Assembly: GCA_947452315.1 (NCBI GenBank)
Contig: CANGCX010000005.1
Coordinates: 6,294 to 70,293 of the forward strand
Length of the DNA stretch: 64,000 bases
Source: Opitutia bacterium
GTDB taxonomy: Bacteria > Verrucomicrobiota > Verrucomicrobiia > Opitutales > Opitutaceae
Direction of reading: 5' to 3'
The stretch's first letter is position 1, and every line of letters begins with the position of its first letter. A model generated the notes under the pieces. It was not told the origin of the DNA. It was given only the letters and a program-made list of their open reading frames with translations, and made no database searches. Of the stretch, positions 20,478 to 30,250 are shown piece after piece. The position numbers were made by a program, and so were the translations under genes.

Positions 20478-20570
20478 ATGGCCAAAAAAACCACCAAGTC
20501 CACTGCCTCGAAAAAACCGGTTAAGAAAGCCGTCGCAAAAAAGAAAGTTGCTGCGAAAAAGAAGAAGTAA
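20478..20570 (+). CDS. Candidate 30-aa lysine-rich basic micro-protein (MAKKTTKSTASKKPVKKAVAKKKVAAKKKK)
   Basis: ATG-to-TAA ORF below the track's length cutoff. It sits in an otherwise non-coding 750-bp region and is followed ~80 nt later by a strong hairpin/T-run terminator. The composition resembles histone H1/Hc-like tails. Confidence 0.4.
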   Translation: MAKKTTKSTASKKPVKKAVAKKKVAAKKKK

Positions 20571-20650
20571 TTCTTCTTGGTTTGCCGCAGGGAAATTGAG
20601 TCTAAGGCGTTTACGTCTTAACTCTTTTTATATTTCAGCTGCGTGATTAG

Positions 20651-20678
20651 GCGGGGCGATTTGCGCCCCGCTTTTTTT
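20651..20678 (+). terminator. Rho-independent terminator downstream of the micro-ORF
   Basis: GCGGGGCG-ATTTG-CGCCCCGC hairpin followed by TTTTTTT. Confidence 0.7.
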
Positions 20679-20899
20679 GTGTCTATTTGACGCTGTTGGG
20701 ATGACGCGATTTTGGCCGGAGGTAATTTTGTCCCCGTTTTTGCCAACTTGGGCTCAAATATGAGGTTAATTGAATTTTTGCTGAATTTTGATTTTTTACA
20801 AAAATAGGGTAGAGGGCTTCATTTTGGCGGCTTTGGGGGCGTCTAACTTTTTGCCCTTTACAGTTGGCGATCACTGGTCTGTTTTCTTCGTTTCTCTCC

Positions 20900-21094
20900 A
20901 TGCAAAAGACCAAAAAGTCCGTGGCTAAGCGCTTCAAGCTCACCTCTACCGGTAAGCTCGTGCGTCGTACGCCTGGCTTCCGTCACCTGTTGGCCTCGAA
21001 GAGCACGAAGCAAAAGCGTCGTGCCTCCCGGGATAAACTCGTTGCCGAAGGCCACGCTAAGCCCCTCAAACGCTGTCTCCCGTTCGGTCTATAA
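20900..21094 (+). CDS. rpmI: 50S ribosomal protein L35
   Basis: MQKTKKSVAKRFKLTSTGKLVRR... is the canonical L35 N-terminus. I chose the ATG at 20900 rather than the track start at 20864. Confidence 0.9.
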   Translation: MQKTKKSVAKRFKLTSTGKLVRRTPGFRHLLASKSTKQKRRASRDKLVAEGHAKPLKRCLPFGL

Positions 21095-21182
21095 ACCGAT
21101 CAGCTGCAGCAAACTATAACTTCGTTCAACGGGTGAAATTTTAAGCCGACCCGCTGGCGACTAACAAAAGGAAAAATCCAAC

Positions 21183-21566
21183 ATGGCTCGTGCAACAAAC
21201 TCCCCCGCTTCCCGCAAGCGGCATAAGAAAGTCCTGAAATACGCCCGTGGCTATTTCGGTAATAAATCCAAGCTCTTCCGCTATGCGAAAGAAGCTGTTC
21301 AACACGCTTGGCAATACGCCTACATCGATCGCAAGAAAAAGAAGGCCAACAATCGCGGCCTCTGGATCGTGCGTTTGAATGCCGCATGTCGTGCCGCTGG
21401 TATGACTTATAGCCGCTTCATCGAAGGCCTCGCCGCCGCGAACATCGTCCTCGACCGTAAGGTTTTGAGCGATCTCGCGATCCGTGATGAGATTGCTTTT
21501 AACGGCCTTGTGAAACAAGCACAAGACGCGTTGAAGGCCAAGGCTGCCGCTGCTAAGAAGGCCTAA
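21183..21566 (+). CDS. rplT: 50S ribosomal protein L20
   Basis: MARATNSPASRKRHKKVLKYARGYFG... is the canonical L20 sequence, and the gene lies directly after rpmI. Confidence 0.95.
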   Translation: MARATNSPASRKRHKKVLKYARGYFGNKSKLFRYAKEAVQHAWQYAYIDRKKKKANNRGLWIVRLNAACRAAGMTYSRFIEGLAAANIVLDRKVLSDLAIRDEIAFNGLVKQAQDALKAKAAAAKKA

Positions 21567-21617
21567 AGCAATTCCAACGCGAGCCCGTTCGGCTCGCTCT
21601 CTGCAAAATTAATCAGA

Positions 21618-21653
21618 GGACGGGCTTCTCAAGAAGCTACGTCCTTTTTTTTT
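21618..21653 (+). terminator. Rho-independent terminator after rplT
   Basis: GGACGGGCTTC-TCAA-GAAGCTACGTCC hairpin followed by T9. A smaller hairpin, GCGAGCC-CGTTC-GGCTCGC, precedes it at 21579-21597. Confidence 0.75.
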
Positions 21654-21736
21654 GTCCCAGTCCTGCGCTGGTTTTTAACGATCTCTCTCTTTATCGTAGG
21701 TGCTATGTTCGGGTCTAGTTTCAGATAATTTTATCC

Positions 21737-22780
21737 ATGCAAGATCAACTTTCCGCACTTCTCGCCAAGGCCTCCGCCGAGTTACCTCTGCTGGTTGCTC
21801 GGCCAGATTTCGAAGCCGCTAAGGCTCGCTACGTCGGCCCTAACGGTGAACTCACTGCGCTGATGAAACAGATGGGTGCTGTGCCCAAAGAAGCTCGGCC
21901 CGCTATGGGTAAACTTATCAACGAGGCGAAGACTCAGCTGCAATCGCAACTCGACGCGGTCCACACCCGTCTGGAAATCAATGAACTTGCGGCTCAGGTC
22001 GGTCCTGCGGTCGACGCCACACTCCCTTCGCCTGATGTTGGTCCTGGGACTTATCACCCGCTAACTTTGGTGCGAGAGGAGATGTGCCGCATTTTGCGCA
22101 AAGTTGGATTTACGGTGGCCGATGGTCCTGAGGTCGAGACGGAGTACTATTGTTTCGACGCGCTCAACACCCCCGCAGACCATCCGGCTCGCGACGCACA
22201 AGATACCTTTTATCTGCCGGAAAATGTCCGCTTCGCTAACGTCGCTAAGAAAACCCCCGGAGAAAAATATCTACTCCGCACACACACTTCATCAGTTCAG
22301 ATCCGCACAATGCTCAAAGGCGAACCCCCCATTCGCATTGTTTCGCCGGGCCGCGTTTATCGGCGCGATACCACCGATGCGACGCACTCGGCTAATTTTC
22401 ATCAGCTTGAATGTTTATACGTTGATAAAAACGTTACGGTGCGCGACCTCAAGGCCCTGCTGGATTACATCTTCGAATCACTCTTGGGCAAAGATACTAA
22501 GACACGTTTCCGCCCGCATTATTTCGGCTACACCGAACCCAGTTTCGAAGTCGATTTGAGCGCTAAACATTTGCCTAAGGTTAAGAAGGAATGGATCGAA
22601 ATCGGTGGCTGCGGTATGGTTGACCCCACTGTTTTTTCAGGGGTCGGTTACGATCCCGAAGTCTGGACGGGCTATGCTTTCGGCATGGGCCTCGAACGGC
22701 TTGCGATGTTGCTCTATGGCATCGATGACATCCGCTACTTTTATCAAAACGACCTTCGCTTCCTAAAGCAGTTCGCCTGA
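21737..22780 (+). CDS. pheS: Phenylalanine--tRNA ligase alpha subunit
   Basis: Class II aaRS motifs (HPL..V, FRPHYFGYTEPSFEVD, GMGLERLAML). The gene precedes pheT. Confidence 0.95.
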   Translation: MQDQLSALLAKASAELPLLVARPDFEAAKARYVGPNGELTALMKQMGAVPKEARPAMGKLINEAKTQLQSQLDAVHTRLEINELAAQVGPAVDATLPSPDVGPGTYHPLTLVREEMCRILRKVGFTVADGPEVETEYYCFDALNTPADHPARDAQDTFYLPENVRFANVAKKTPGEKYLLRTHTSSVQIRTMLKGEPPIRIVSPGRVYRRDTTDATHSANFHQLECLYVDKNVTVRDLKALLDYIFESLLGKDTKTRFRPHYFGYTEPSFEVDLSAKHLPKVKKEWIEIGGCGMVDPTVFSGVGYDPEVWTGYAFGMGLERLAMLLYGIDDIRYFYQNDLRFLKQFA

Positions 22781-22790
22781 TTTCCTATCG

Positions 22791-25277
22791 ATGAAAATTT
22801 CTCTTAATTGGTTGCGCGACTACGTCGCCCTCGACGCCTCCGCCGATGAGATTTGTCGTGCTATCACGTTTCTCGGTTTCGAAGTTGAGAACGTCATTCG
22901 CACCGGCGCGCCCCAGCTAAACCACGTCCTGGTGGGCGAAGTTCTCACGCGCAACAAGCACCCTAACGCCGACAAGCTCTCTGTTTGTACCGTCTCATTG
23001 GGCGAGGCCCTTGGCGTTAAAACGATCGTCTGCGGGGCGCAAAATTACACTGTGGGCGACCGCGTGCCTGTCGCTCTGCCCGGTGCCGTTCTCCCCGGTG
23101 ACTTCGTCATCAAACAATCAAAAATCCGCGGTGAACCCTCCGACGGTATGATGTGCTCCGCCAAAGAACTTGGCATCTCCGAGGACGCGGCTGGCTTGAT
23201 GATTCTCGTAGATCGTCCCGCACTAGGCACACCGATCAACGCCGTCTTGCCTCCCGGCGACACGGTATTCGACATCGAAATCACGCCCAATCGTCCCGAC
23301 TGCCTTTCGCACCTCGGTATCGCGCGTGAACTCGCGGCTTGGTTCAAAAAAGATCTCGTTTATCCGCAGGGTAAATTTCGCGGCGTTCTTCCTGCTGGTG
23401 TTGCTTCGCGTCAGGATCTGCTCTCGGCCGTTCGCGTTGAAGCTCCCGAAGATTGTCCGATTTACTACGCCCACATTGTAACCGGAATAAAGATCGGTCC
23501 CAGTCCGGCGTGGCTTCAACAACGTCTCGCGGCCGTTGGGCTCCGCTCGATCAACAACGTCGTTGATATCGGTAATTTTGTGATGATGGAAAGTGGTCAA
23601 CCCTTGCACGCTTTTGATGCGCGAAAACTCGCGGGTGCTCAGATCGTTGTGCGTCGCGCAGCTGATGGCGAAAAACTCACCACATTAGATGGTAAGGAAC
23701 GCACGCTCAACAGCTCGATGCTGGTGATTGCCGATGGGGCTAAGCCGGTCGTCATTGCAGGCATCATGGGTGGTGAGAATTCTGGCGTCACGGCTGAGAC
23801 GACCGATCTGGTGCTCGAGTGCGCTATTTTTAAACGGCAATCAATCCGTGCCACATCTAAACGTCTCGGGCTTAGCTCCGATTCAGCCTATCGCTACGAA
23901 CGAGGCGTAGATGCTCACGCCGCCCAAACCGCAGCTTGGCGCGCGATCGATCTCATTCTTGAGCACGCCGGAGGTCAGGTTGCGGGGCCGATGCACCAAG
24001 CCGGTGCAGATATTCCCTGGCAACGTGAGATCATACTTGCCCCCGCTTTTGTTCGCGAACGTCTCGGCTTCGATATCGCCGATGCGGAAATGAAAAACGC
24101 GCTCGAAGCCCTAAAATTGAAAGTCACTGAGCTCGGCGAAACCACGCACGATGCTCTAAGCGCGCCAGGCAAGAAGCGAAACGAATGGCGTGTAACGGTC
24201 CCGAGTTGGCGTGACGACTTGGATCGCCCCATCGATTTAGTGGAAGAAATTCTGCGCGTTTACGGTACCGAGCGTATTCCGCCGACTAGGGTAACGGTGC
24301 CTGGACTGGTGGGCGATGATGATCCGGTAGTGTTGTTTAATCGACGGGTCACCGATTACCTCGTCGGACATGATTTCCACGAATGTGTAAATTACACGCT
24401 GCGTCCCGGCGCGGAAGTGAAAACATGGGCTGCTGAAACCGCGGTAGCGGAACTCGCACTCGCGAATCCCTTCGTCGAAGATCAATCGCATCTGCGCCCC
24501 ACGCTCATCTCGGGTTTACTCGCTACACTTAAATTGAATCAGTCCCGCGGCGTCCCAATCTCACGTCTCTGTGAAACGGGCCGTGTGTTTATTGAGAAAA
24601 ACGGCCAGAATTTAGAGTGTGCCGCTGTCGGCTTCATTGTAGCCGAAGATACTGAGCGGCGTTGGCGTCAGCGCGAAGCGTTTGATTTTTACGCGGCCAA
24701 ACATCACATCGTCTCGCTCGCTGGTTTGGCTGCCCTCGATCTAGAACGGCAGCCCTTAGTCGCGACCACCGGCCCGCATTATGGCTGGCAAGAAGGGCAA
24801 TCAGCGCTCGCCGGTGACCTTCAGCATGGTTGGACGGCTCGCTTTGGTTTACTCAGCCTCGCGATGGCGAAGGCCTATGGAATCGAAGGAAAAGTGTACG
24901 CCGGTTTTTTTGCGATTTTGCCCGAGAAACTTGCCGCCGCTTCGGCGGCGCGCAAACGCTACGCTGATTTTAGTCTACAGCCTGCCGCGCTGCGCGACCT
25001 TGCGCTGGTGGTTCCCTCAGCGACCGTGGCCAGTGAGGTGCAAAAAGCACTCGCTAAAGCGGCCCGCGCCGCTGTCGGCAACGCCTTTAGCTTTGAGAGC
25101 GTCACGGTGTTTGATGTGTATCAAGGTAAAGGTCTGCCTGAAGGGACTAAGAGCCTTGCCTTTTCGCTCGTATTTCGAGCGTCCGATCGGACGCTCACTG
25201 ACGACGAAGTGAATGCCGCGTTTAATAAAATTCAAACCGATGTCGTTCAATCCACTGGTTTTAGCATTCGCAAGTGA
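22791..25277 (+). CDS. pheT: Phenylalanine--tRNA ligase beta subunit
   Basis: MKISLNWLRDYV start, tRNA-binding domain (HPNADKL..C), B3/4 and B5 domains, and a C-terminal FDX-ACB domain. 828 aa. Confidence 0.95.
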   Translation: MKISLNWLRDYVALDASADEICRAITFLGFEVENVIRTGAPQLNHVLVGEVLTRNKHPNADKLSVCTVSLGEALGVKTIVCGAQNYTVGDRVPVALPGAVLPGDFVIKQSKIRGEPSDGMMCSAKELGISEDAAGLMILVDRPALGTPINAVLPPGDTVFDIEITPNRPDCLSHLGIARELAAWFKKDLVYPQGKFRGVLPAGVASRQDLLSAVRVEAPEDCPIYYAHIVTGIKIGPSPAWLQQRLAAVGLRSINNVVDIGNFVMMESGQPLHAFDARKLAGAQIVVRRAADGEKLTTLDGKERTLNSSMLVIADGAKPVVIAGIMGGENSGVTAETTDLVLECAIFKRQSIRATSKRLGLSSDSAYRYERGVDAHAAQTAAWRAIDLILEHAGGQVAGPMHQAGADIPWQREIILAPAFVRERLGFDIADAEMKNALEALKLKVTELGETTHDALSAPGKKRNEWRVTVPSWRDDLDRPIDLVEEILRVYGTERIPPTRVTVPGLVGDDDPVVLFNRRVTDYLVGHDFHECVNYTLRPGAEVKTWAAETAVAELALANPFVEDQSHLRPTLISGLLATLKLNQSRGVPISRLCETGRVFIEKNGQNLECAAVGFIVAEDTERRWRQREAFDFYAAKHHIVSLAGLAALDLERQPLVATTGPHYGWQEGQSALAGDLQHGWTARFGLLSLAMAKAYGIEGKVYAGFFAILPEKLAAASAARKRYADFSLQPAALRDLALVVPSATVASEVQKALAKAARAAVGNAFSFESVTVFDVYQGKGLPEGTKSLAFSLVFRASDRTLTDDEVNAAFNKIQTDVVQSTGFSIRK

Positions 25278-25279
25278 CC

Positions 25280-25570
25280 ATGTCTAAAACTGCCGAACTT
25301 AATATCGACCGCGTCGCCGAGTTATCGCGACTCGCTCTTACGCCCGAGGAAAAGACCCGTTTTTCTGCTCAACTCGGCAGCATCCTTGGACACATCGAGC
25401 AACTAGCCAAAGTTGACGTCACCGGAATTGAACCCACCGCCCATGCTTTCCCACTAAATAACGTTTGGGCGGCGGACCTCGCGCAGCCTGGTCTTGGGGT
25501 TAGTGCGGCCCTCCGCAATGCGCCTGCCCAACGGGACCATATGATCGTGGTCCCTAAAGTCGTGGATTAA
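25280..25570 (+). CDS. gatC: Asp/Glu-tRNA(Asn/Gln) amidotransferase subunit C
   Basis: Motifs V..LA.LARL.L..EE and PT.H are present, and the gene precedes gatA and gatB. I chose the ATG at 25280. The track start at 25274 is a GTG overlapping the pheT stop. Confidence 0.85.
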   Translation: MSKTAELNIDRVAELSRLALTPEEKTRFSAQLGSILGHIEQLAKVDVTGIEPTAHAFPLNNVWAADLAQPGLGVSAALRNAPAQRDHMIVVPKVVD

Positions 25571-25575
25571 AGCCG

Positions 25576-27042
25576 ATGACCGCTCCGCTTCATTTTCAAA
25601 GCATCGCAGAGCTATCGACTAAGATTGCGGCTGGCCAACTTTCCGCAGTCGAGCTCACTCAGTCGATTATTGCGCGCACCAAGGCCATTGAACCTCGAGT
25701 GCACGCATTCAATTCATTTGATGAAGCAGATGCACTCTCTCAAGCCGCTGCTTCCGATGCGCGGCGCAGTGCGGGCCAGTCTGCCGGCTTGCTCGATGGC
25801 ATTCCCGTTGGCTTGAAAGACGTAATTGCCGTCGCCGGGCAGCCGCTCACCGCTTCGAGCAAGATGCTCGCTAATTTCGTTTCCCCTTACGATGCCACGG
25901 TTACGCAAAAGCTACAGCGTGCTGGCGCCGTCTTGCACGGTCGACTCAACTGCGATGAGTTCGCGATGGGTTCATCCACGGAAAATTCCGCCTTTGGCCC
26001 GACCTCAAATCCATGGGATCTGACGCGTACTCCGGGTGGCTCGTCCGGGGGCAGTGCCGCGGCTCTGGCAGCTGGTGCAGCTGTTGCTACGCTTGGTTCT
26101 GATACAGGTGGCTCGATTCGGCAACCCGCTGCGCTCTGTGGACTGGTTGGCCTAAAACCTACCTATGGACTGATTTCACGTTACGGTTTGATCGCATACG
26201 CATCGTCCCTCGACCAAATCGGGCCTTTTGCGCGTACTGTTGAAGACGCGGCGATTATGTTAGGTGCGATCGCTGGACATGATCCTAGGGATTCTACCTC
26301 ATTTAAGACCGCGATCCCTGATTATCGCGCGGAGTTGAAAACGCGTCGGGGTCCCTGGAAATTGGGTATTCCGAAAGAGTATTTTGGCGCGGGCTTGGAT
26401 CCAGAAGTCGGCGCAGCAGTTGAAAAAGCGATCGCGTTCTACCGCTCACAGGGTTGTGAGATCCGCGAGGTCTCGCTGCCCCATACCCAATACTGTCTCG
26501 ATACCTACTACATCATAGCGACGGCAGAAGCCTCTTCGAATTTAGCCCGATACGACGGCATTCGCTACGGTCACCGTACGAGCTCAGCCAAAAACCTACT
26601 CGATGTTTACCAAAAATCGCGCGCTGAGGGTTTTGGAGACGAGGTTAAACGCCGCATTATTCTCGGTACCTACGTGCTGAGTTCCGGCTACTACGATGCT
26701 TATTATTTACGGGCGCAAAAAGTACGTACGCTCATCCGTCAGGATTTTCTGAATGCCTACCGCGAGGTGGACGCGTTGATTACGCCGACTTCACCAATCC
26801 CGGCCTTTAAGATCGGCGAAAAATCGGCGGATCCATTGGCCATGTACCTCTGCGATATTTATACCATTGGCGTAAATCTTGCCGGTCTTCCCGCGCTCAG
26901 TCTGCCCTGTGGTTTTACCCAGAGTGGTTTGCCCATCGGATTGCAGCTCATAGGCCAGCCCTTCCGTGAGGCCGACCTCCTTGCAACCGCCCACGCCTAC
27001 GAACAGGTCCACGGTTGGAACACTCAATTTCCTTCACTTTGA
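25576..27042 (+). CDS. gatA: Glu-tRNA(Gln) amidotransferase subunit A
   Basis: Amidase signature [14 protein letters not shown]...[12 protein letters not shown]. Confidence 0.95.
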   Translation: MTAPLHFQSIAELSTKIAAGQLSAVELTQSIIARTKAIEPRVHAFNSFDEADALSQAAASDARRSAGQSAGLLDGIPVGLKDVIAVAGQPLTASSKMLANFVSPYDATVTQKLQRAGAVLHGRLNCDEFAMGSSTENSAFGPTSNPWDLTRTPGGSSGGSAAALAAGAAVATLGSDTGGSIRQPAALCGLVGLKPTYGLISRYGLIAYASSLDQIGPFARTVEDAAIMLGAIAGHDPRDSTSFKTAIPDYRAELKTRRGPWKLGIPKEYFGAGLDPEVGAAVEKAIAFYRSQGCEIREVSLPHTQYCLDTYYIIATAEASSNLARYDGIRYGHRTSSAKNLLDVYQKSRAEGFGDEVKRRIILGTYVLSSGYYDAYYLRAQKVRTLIRQDFLNAYREVDALITPTSPIPAFKIGEKSADPLAMYLCDIYTIGVNLAGLPALSLPCGFTQSGLPIGLQLIGQPFREADLLATAHAYEQVHGWNTQFPSL

Positions 27043-28496
27043 TGAACTACGAAGCCGTCATTGGTCTGGAAGTTCACGTACAGATCAAAACCCACTCCAA
27101 GGTTTTCACCCGAGTCGGCGCAGGGTTCGGTCACGAACCTAATACGCTGACTGATCCTGTTGTGCTGGCGCTTCCCGGCACTTTGCCCGTGATGAATAAG
27201 GCGGCACTCGACGCGATCATCAAAGCAGGGCTTATGCTCGGATGCGACATCGCGCCCGTCTGTAAATGGGATCGTAAACAATATTTTTATCCCGACTCGC
27301 CAAAAAATTATCAGATTTCTCAATACGATCAGCCGATCTGTCTTGGTGGTTCGGTCGAAATTGAACTCCCTGGTGCGGCCCGCAATGTGATGGGGGAGCA
27401 CAAAAAAATAGCTCTTACGCGCATTCACCTTGAGGAAGACGTGGGCAAACTCAACCACCACGCTACCGATTCTCTGGTCGACTATAACCGCGCGGGTACA
27501 CCACTTATGGAAATTGTCTCCGAGCCGGTGATGCACACGGCGGAGGAGGCATTCGCCTATCTGACATCAATCCGCAACACTATGATCTACGGCGGGATCT
27601 CCGATTGCGACATGGAGAAAGGCCAACTGCGTTGCGACGCAAACATCTCCATTCGTCCGGTCGGCGAGACAAAACTGGGTACCAAGGTTGAGCTTAAAAA
27701 TCTCAATTCGATTTCTTATGTGCGAGACGGCATCGCTCATGAAATTAAACGCCAACTCGCCGTGGTCGCCGCCGGCGGGAAACTCATCCAAGAAACACGT
27801 GACTACGACGGCGTGGCCGGCACATCCCAATCGCTGCGCTCTAAAGAAATGGCGCACGATTACCGTTATTTTCCCGATCCTGACCTTATGCCAGTACACG
27901 TCGATGAAGCTTGGAAAGCGGAACTGCGCCGCGCCTGCCCCGAGTTGCACTTCGATAAACAACGTCGGTTGATCGCCGAGTATCAGGTTCCTTACACGAT
28001 CACCTCGGTTCTAATTCCGGATCGTGAGCTCAGCGATTTTTTTGAAGCAACCGCACAACTTGCTGGAAAAGGGAGAGCCCAAGCCATCGGGAATTGGATA
28101 GCAAACGATCTGTTGCGCGAACTTGGTGCCGCTAAGGTACCGCTTTCGGCATCTAAAATTTCACCAGCAAATCTCGCCGCGCTGATTCAATTGCTTGACG
28201 CGGGTGCTTTGCTTAATGCTGCTGCCAAGGAAGTCTTTACAACTATGTTTGCCACGGGCGATGCGCCAGCGGCCATCGTCGCTCGACTCGGTTTGGCCGC
28301 AGCGCCTACGGATACGGGCGAACTTGAGGCCTGGTGCCGTGAATCTATCGCGGCAAACGCGAAGGCGTTAGCGGAGTTTAAATCTGGCAAAGAAAGCGCG
28401 ATCAATGCCTTCAAGGGCTCGATCATGAAAGCGGCCAAGGGTAAGGCTAATCCCAAGCTGGTGGACGAAACGCTGCGCCGAATATTGGCAGAGTGA
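27042..28496 (+). CDS. gatB: Asp/Glu-tRNA(Asn/Gln) amidotransferase subunit B
   Basis: [14 protein letters not shown] start. The ATG at 27042 overlaps the gatA stop (TGATG). A GatB/YqeY C-terminal domain is present. Confidence 0.95.
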   Translation: MNYEAVIGLEVHVQIKTHSKVFTRVGAGFGHEPNTLTDPVVLALPGTLPVMNKAALDAIIKAGLMLGCDIAPVCKWDRKQYFYPDSPKNYQISQYDQPICLGGSVEIELPGAARNVMGEHKKIALTRIHLEEDVGKLNHHATDSLVDYNRAGTPLMEIVSEPVMHTAEEAFAYLTSIRNTMIYGGISDCDMEKGQLRCDANISIRPVGETKLGTKVELKNLNSISYVRDGIAHEIKRQLAVVAAGGKLIQETRDYDGVAGTSQSLRSKEMAHDYRYFPDPDLMPVHVDEAWKAELRRACPELHFDKQRRLIAEYQVPYTITSVLIPDRELSDFFEATAQLAGKGRAQAIGNWIANDLLRELGAAKVPLSASKISPANLAALIQLLDAGALLNAAAKEVFTTMFATGDAPAAIVARLGLAAAPTDTGELEAWCRESIAANAKALAEFKSGKESAINAFKGSIMKAAKGKANPKLVDETLRRILAE

Positions 28497-28504
28497 TAAA
28501 ATCA

Positions 28505-28541
28505 CCCCCCCCCCCCGCTGTTTAGTGGCGGGGGTTTGTTT
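28505..28541 (+). terminator. Terminator hairpin after gatB, containing a C12 homopolymer
   Basis: C-run at 28505-28516. The stem CCCCCGC (28512-18) pairs with GCGGGGG (28528-34), followed by TTTGTTT. It sits between convergent genes. Confidence 0.6.
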
Positions 28542-29442
28542 AAACGGTACAGAGTTTGACGGCTGCACGAAGTGAGGTGAGGGGATCTCGCTTCGGGATA
28601 AACTCCTGAGCAACGAAACCCTTAAAGCCCGTAGCGGCGATGGCTCGCATGATGGGAGGATAGTACAATTCCTGTTGATCGCCCGGCTCAAATTCAGCGC
28701 GACCGGGATTACCGGCGGTGTGGTAATGGCCTATGTAGCGGTGGTTTTCTTGGATCGTGCGGATGACGTCACCCTCCATGATCTGCATGTGATAAATATC
28801 GTAGAGTAGTTTGAAACGTTCCGAGCCCACGCGTTTCACGAGTTCGACGCCCCAGGCGGTGTGATCGCACATGTAGTCCTTGTGATTCACCTTTGAATTC
28901 AACAGCTCCATGATGATGTTGACGCCACGTTTTTCGGCGACGCCGACGATTTGTTTCAGGCCGATGGCACAATTTTCAATGCCCTGTTCGTCGCTGATTT
29001 TTCCGAGGATTTTATCGTTACGATTTCCGGAGAAAACAATAACACTCGGTATGCCGGCATCAGCGCAGGCATTGATGCGTTCGATCATCGAGGGGACGTA
29101 TTTCGCGTGATTTTCAAGCCGGTTAAATCCGCTTGGAATGGACATCGTACCGTTGGCTAGGGCGCAGGTCAGACCATACTTTTGGACCGTGGGCCAATCT
29201 TTTGGGTCGAGCAATTCGACGGATTCTAGCCCGATTTCTTTCGCGGCTTTAGCAAAGTCATCAAGCGGAATTTTACTGTAACACCATTTGCAAACGGAAT
29301 GACGAATCGGTGTTAGAGTACTCGTACTAGGTGATGAAATTTTTTCTTCAGCGCCGAGGGTGGGGCGGGTCAAGGTAGCGAGGGCGGCGGCTCCGGCGAA
29401 TGAGCGCAGAGCGTCGCGGCGGGAGATAGTGGGGAGGGGCAT
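28540..29442 (-). CDS. Tat-exported sugar phosphate isomerase/epimerase (xylose-isomerase-like TIM barrel)
   Basis: Twin-arginine signal (ISRRDALRSFAGAAALATL). TIM-barrel motifs of the hydroxypyruvate-isomerase-like family are present (ELLN...YDIYHMQ..EGD, GHYHTAG). I chose the ATG at 29442. The track start at 29478 is a TTG. Confidence 0.7.
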   Translation of the reverse strand: MPLPTISRRDALRSFAGAAALATLTRPTLGAEEKISSPSTSTLTPIRHSVCKWCYSKIPLDDFAKAAKEIGLESVELLDPKDWPTVQKYGLTCALANGTMSIPSGFNRLENHAKYVPSMIERINACADAGIPSVIVFSGNRNDKILGKISDEQGIENCAIGLKQIVGVAEKRGVNIIMELLNSKVNHKDYMCDHTAWGVELVKRVGSERFKLLYDIYHMQIMEGDVIRTIQENHRYIGHYHTAGNPGRAEFEPGDQQELYYPPIMRAIAATGFKGFVAQEFIPKRDPLTSLRAAVKLCTV

Positions 29443-29546
29443 AGGTTTAGGACAGTGCGAGGAGGGAGGCGTTGGCAAGTGCGCAGCGAGTCGTTGACTC
29501 CTTCACTTCATATTCATCTTAAAAAACGATAAAATTTAGTCGGGTA

Positions 29547-30086
29547 TTAAATCAACTCTGAGGTGGCCGAAGTAGTGCCGCGATGGGCTTCTGTAGCGCT
29601 GTTGCGACTTGCAAGGGGCGCGGTACCGAAAAACTCGGCGATATGGCTGACGTTGGTAAAACCGAGAGCACGAAGTTTGTCCTCTACGGCCACGAGTGCT
29701 GTGTTCAATTCTGAAGAGGTTGCGGCATCGAGTTCATCGACCGAGTTGGTAGCCTTGCACACGATATGGTAGTGGGGGGCATCATCGAGACGGAGGGAGT
29801 ACAGCGCGGTGCCGTTGTGGAAATAAGTGCGACGGACGATGCCGATTTCTTCGAAAACCGCCATGCATCGATAAACCGTGACGAGGTCGCAACCGCCTTT
29901 ACCTAGGGCTTCGTGAATGGTTTCTATGCTCTCGGGTTGGCTTCGCCGGAACATCGTGGCCAAGATCGTAAGACGGGGCTGAGTAATCCTTAGGTGGGCG
30001 GCTTTGAGTCGCGCGGTTGCCGTAGCTACGGCGGATTTGGCGTCGGTTTTGGCTAGGGTAGCGTTAGCTTGTGTCGAGGAGCTCAT
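29547..30086 (-). CDS. Fur-family transcriptional regulator (atypical, Cys-poor)
   Basis: Fur wHTH signature (LRITQPRLTIL ... TVYRCMAVFEEIGIV) and HYHIVC in the dimerisation domain. The CxxC pairs are absent, and there is a ~30-aa N-terminal Ala/Thr-rich extension. Confidence 0.65.
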   Translation of the reverse strand: MSSSTQANATLAKTDAKSAVATATARLKAAHLRITQPRLTILATMFRRSQPESIETIHEALGKGGCDLVTVYRCMAVFEEIGIVRRTYFHNGTALYSLRLDDAPHYHIVCKATNSVDELDAATSSELNTALVAVEDKLRALGFTNVSHIAEFFGTAPLASRNSATEAHRGTTSATSELI

Positions 30087-30250
30087 GGGTATTTTAGCTT
30101 ATGCATAGTTACATATGTGCATTAACGCGAGTGCGGAGAACGCGTATTCCAATTAATAGGCCTACGTTTGTTTGTGATGGGTGAAAAGAATTATGGGCTG
30201 CCACCAGAAGATTGCACAGAGTGGGTGGGTGGTGTAGTCTGGTTCCAATC

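Noticed and set aside
20401-20646. 81-aa track ORF (MGGPNKLRRNEKF...) overlapping the lysine-rich micro-ORF.
   Set aside because: It reads as an out-of-frame translation of the AAA/AAG-rich stretch (KKPPSPLPRKNRLRKPSQKRK) and runs through downstream hairpin sequence. The 30-codon ATG frame is the more coherent candidate, though it is also unproven.
21705-21728. Mini-ORF MFGSSFR just upstream of pheS, considered as a pheM-like Phe-rich attenuation leader.
   Set aside because: It has only two Phe codons. It also lies downstream of the rplT terminator hairpin rather than preceding it, so the geometry of a leader-peptide attenuator is absent.
28505-28516. C12 homopolymer, considered as a phase-variation slippage tract.
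   Set aside because: It lies between the 3' ends of two convergent genes and forms the 5' arm of a terminator hairpin. Length changes would not shift any reading frame or promoter spacing.
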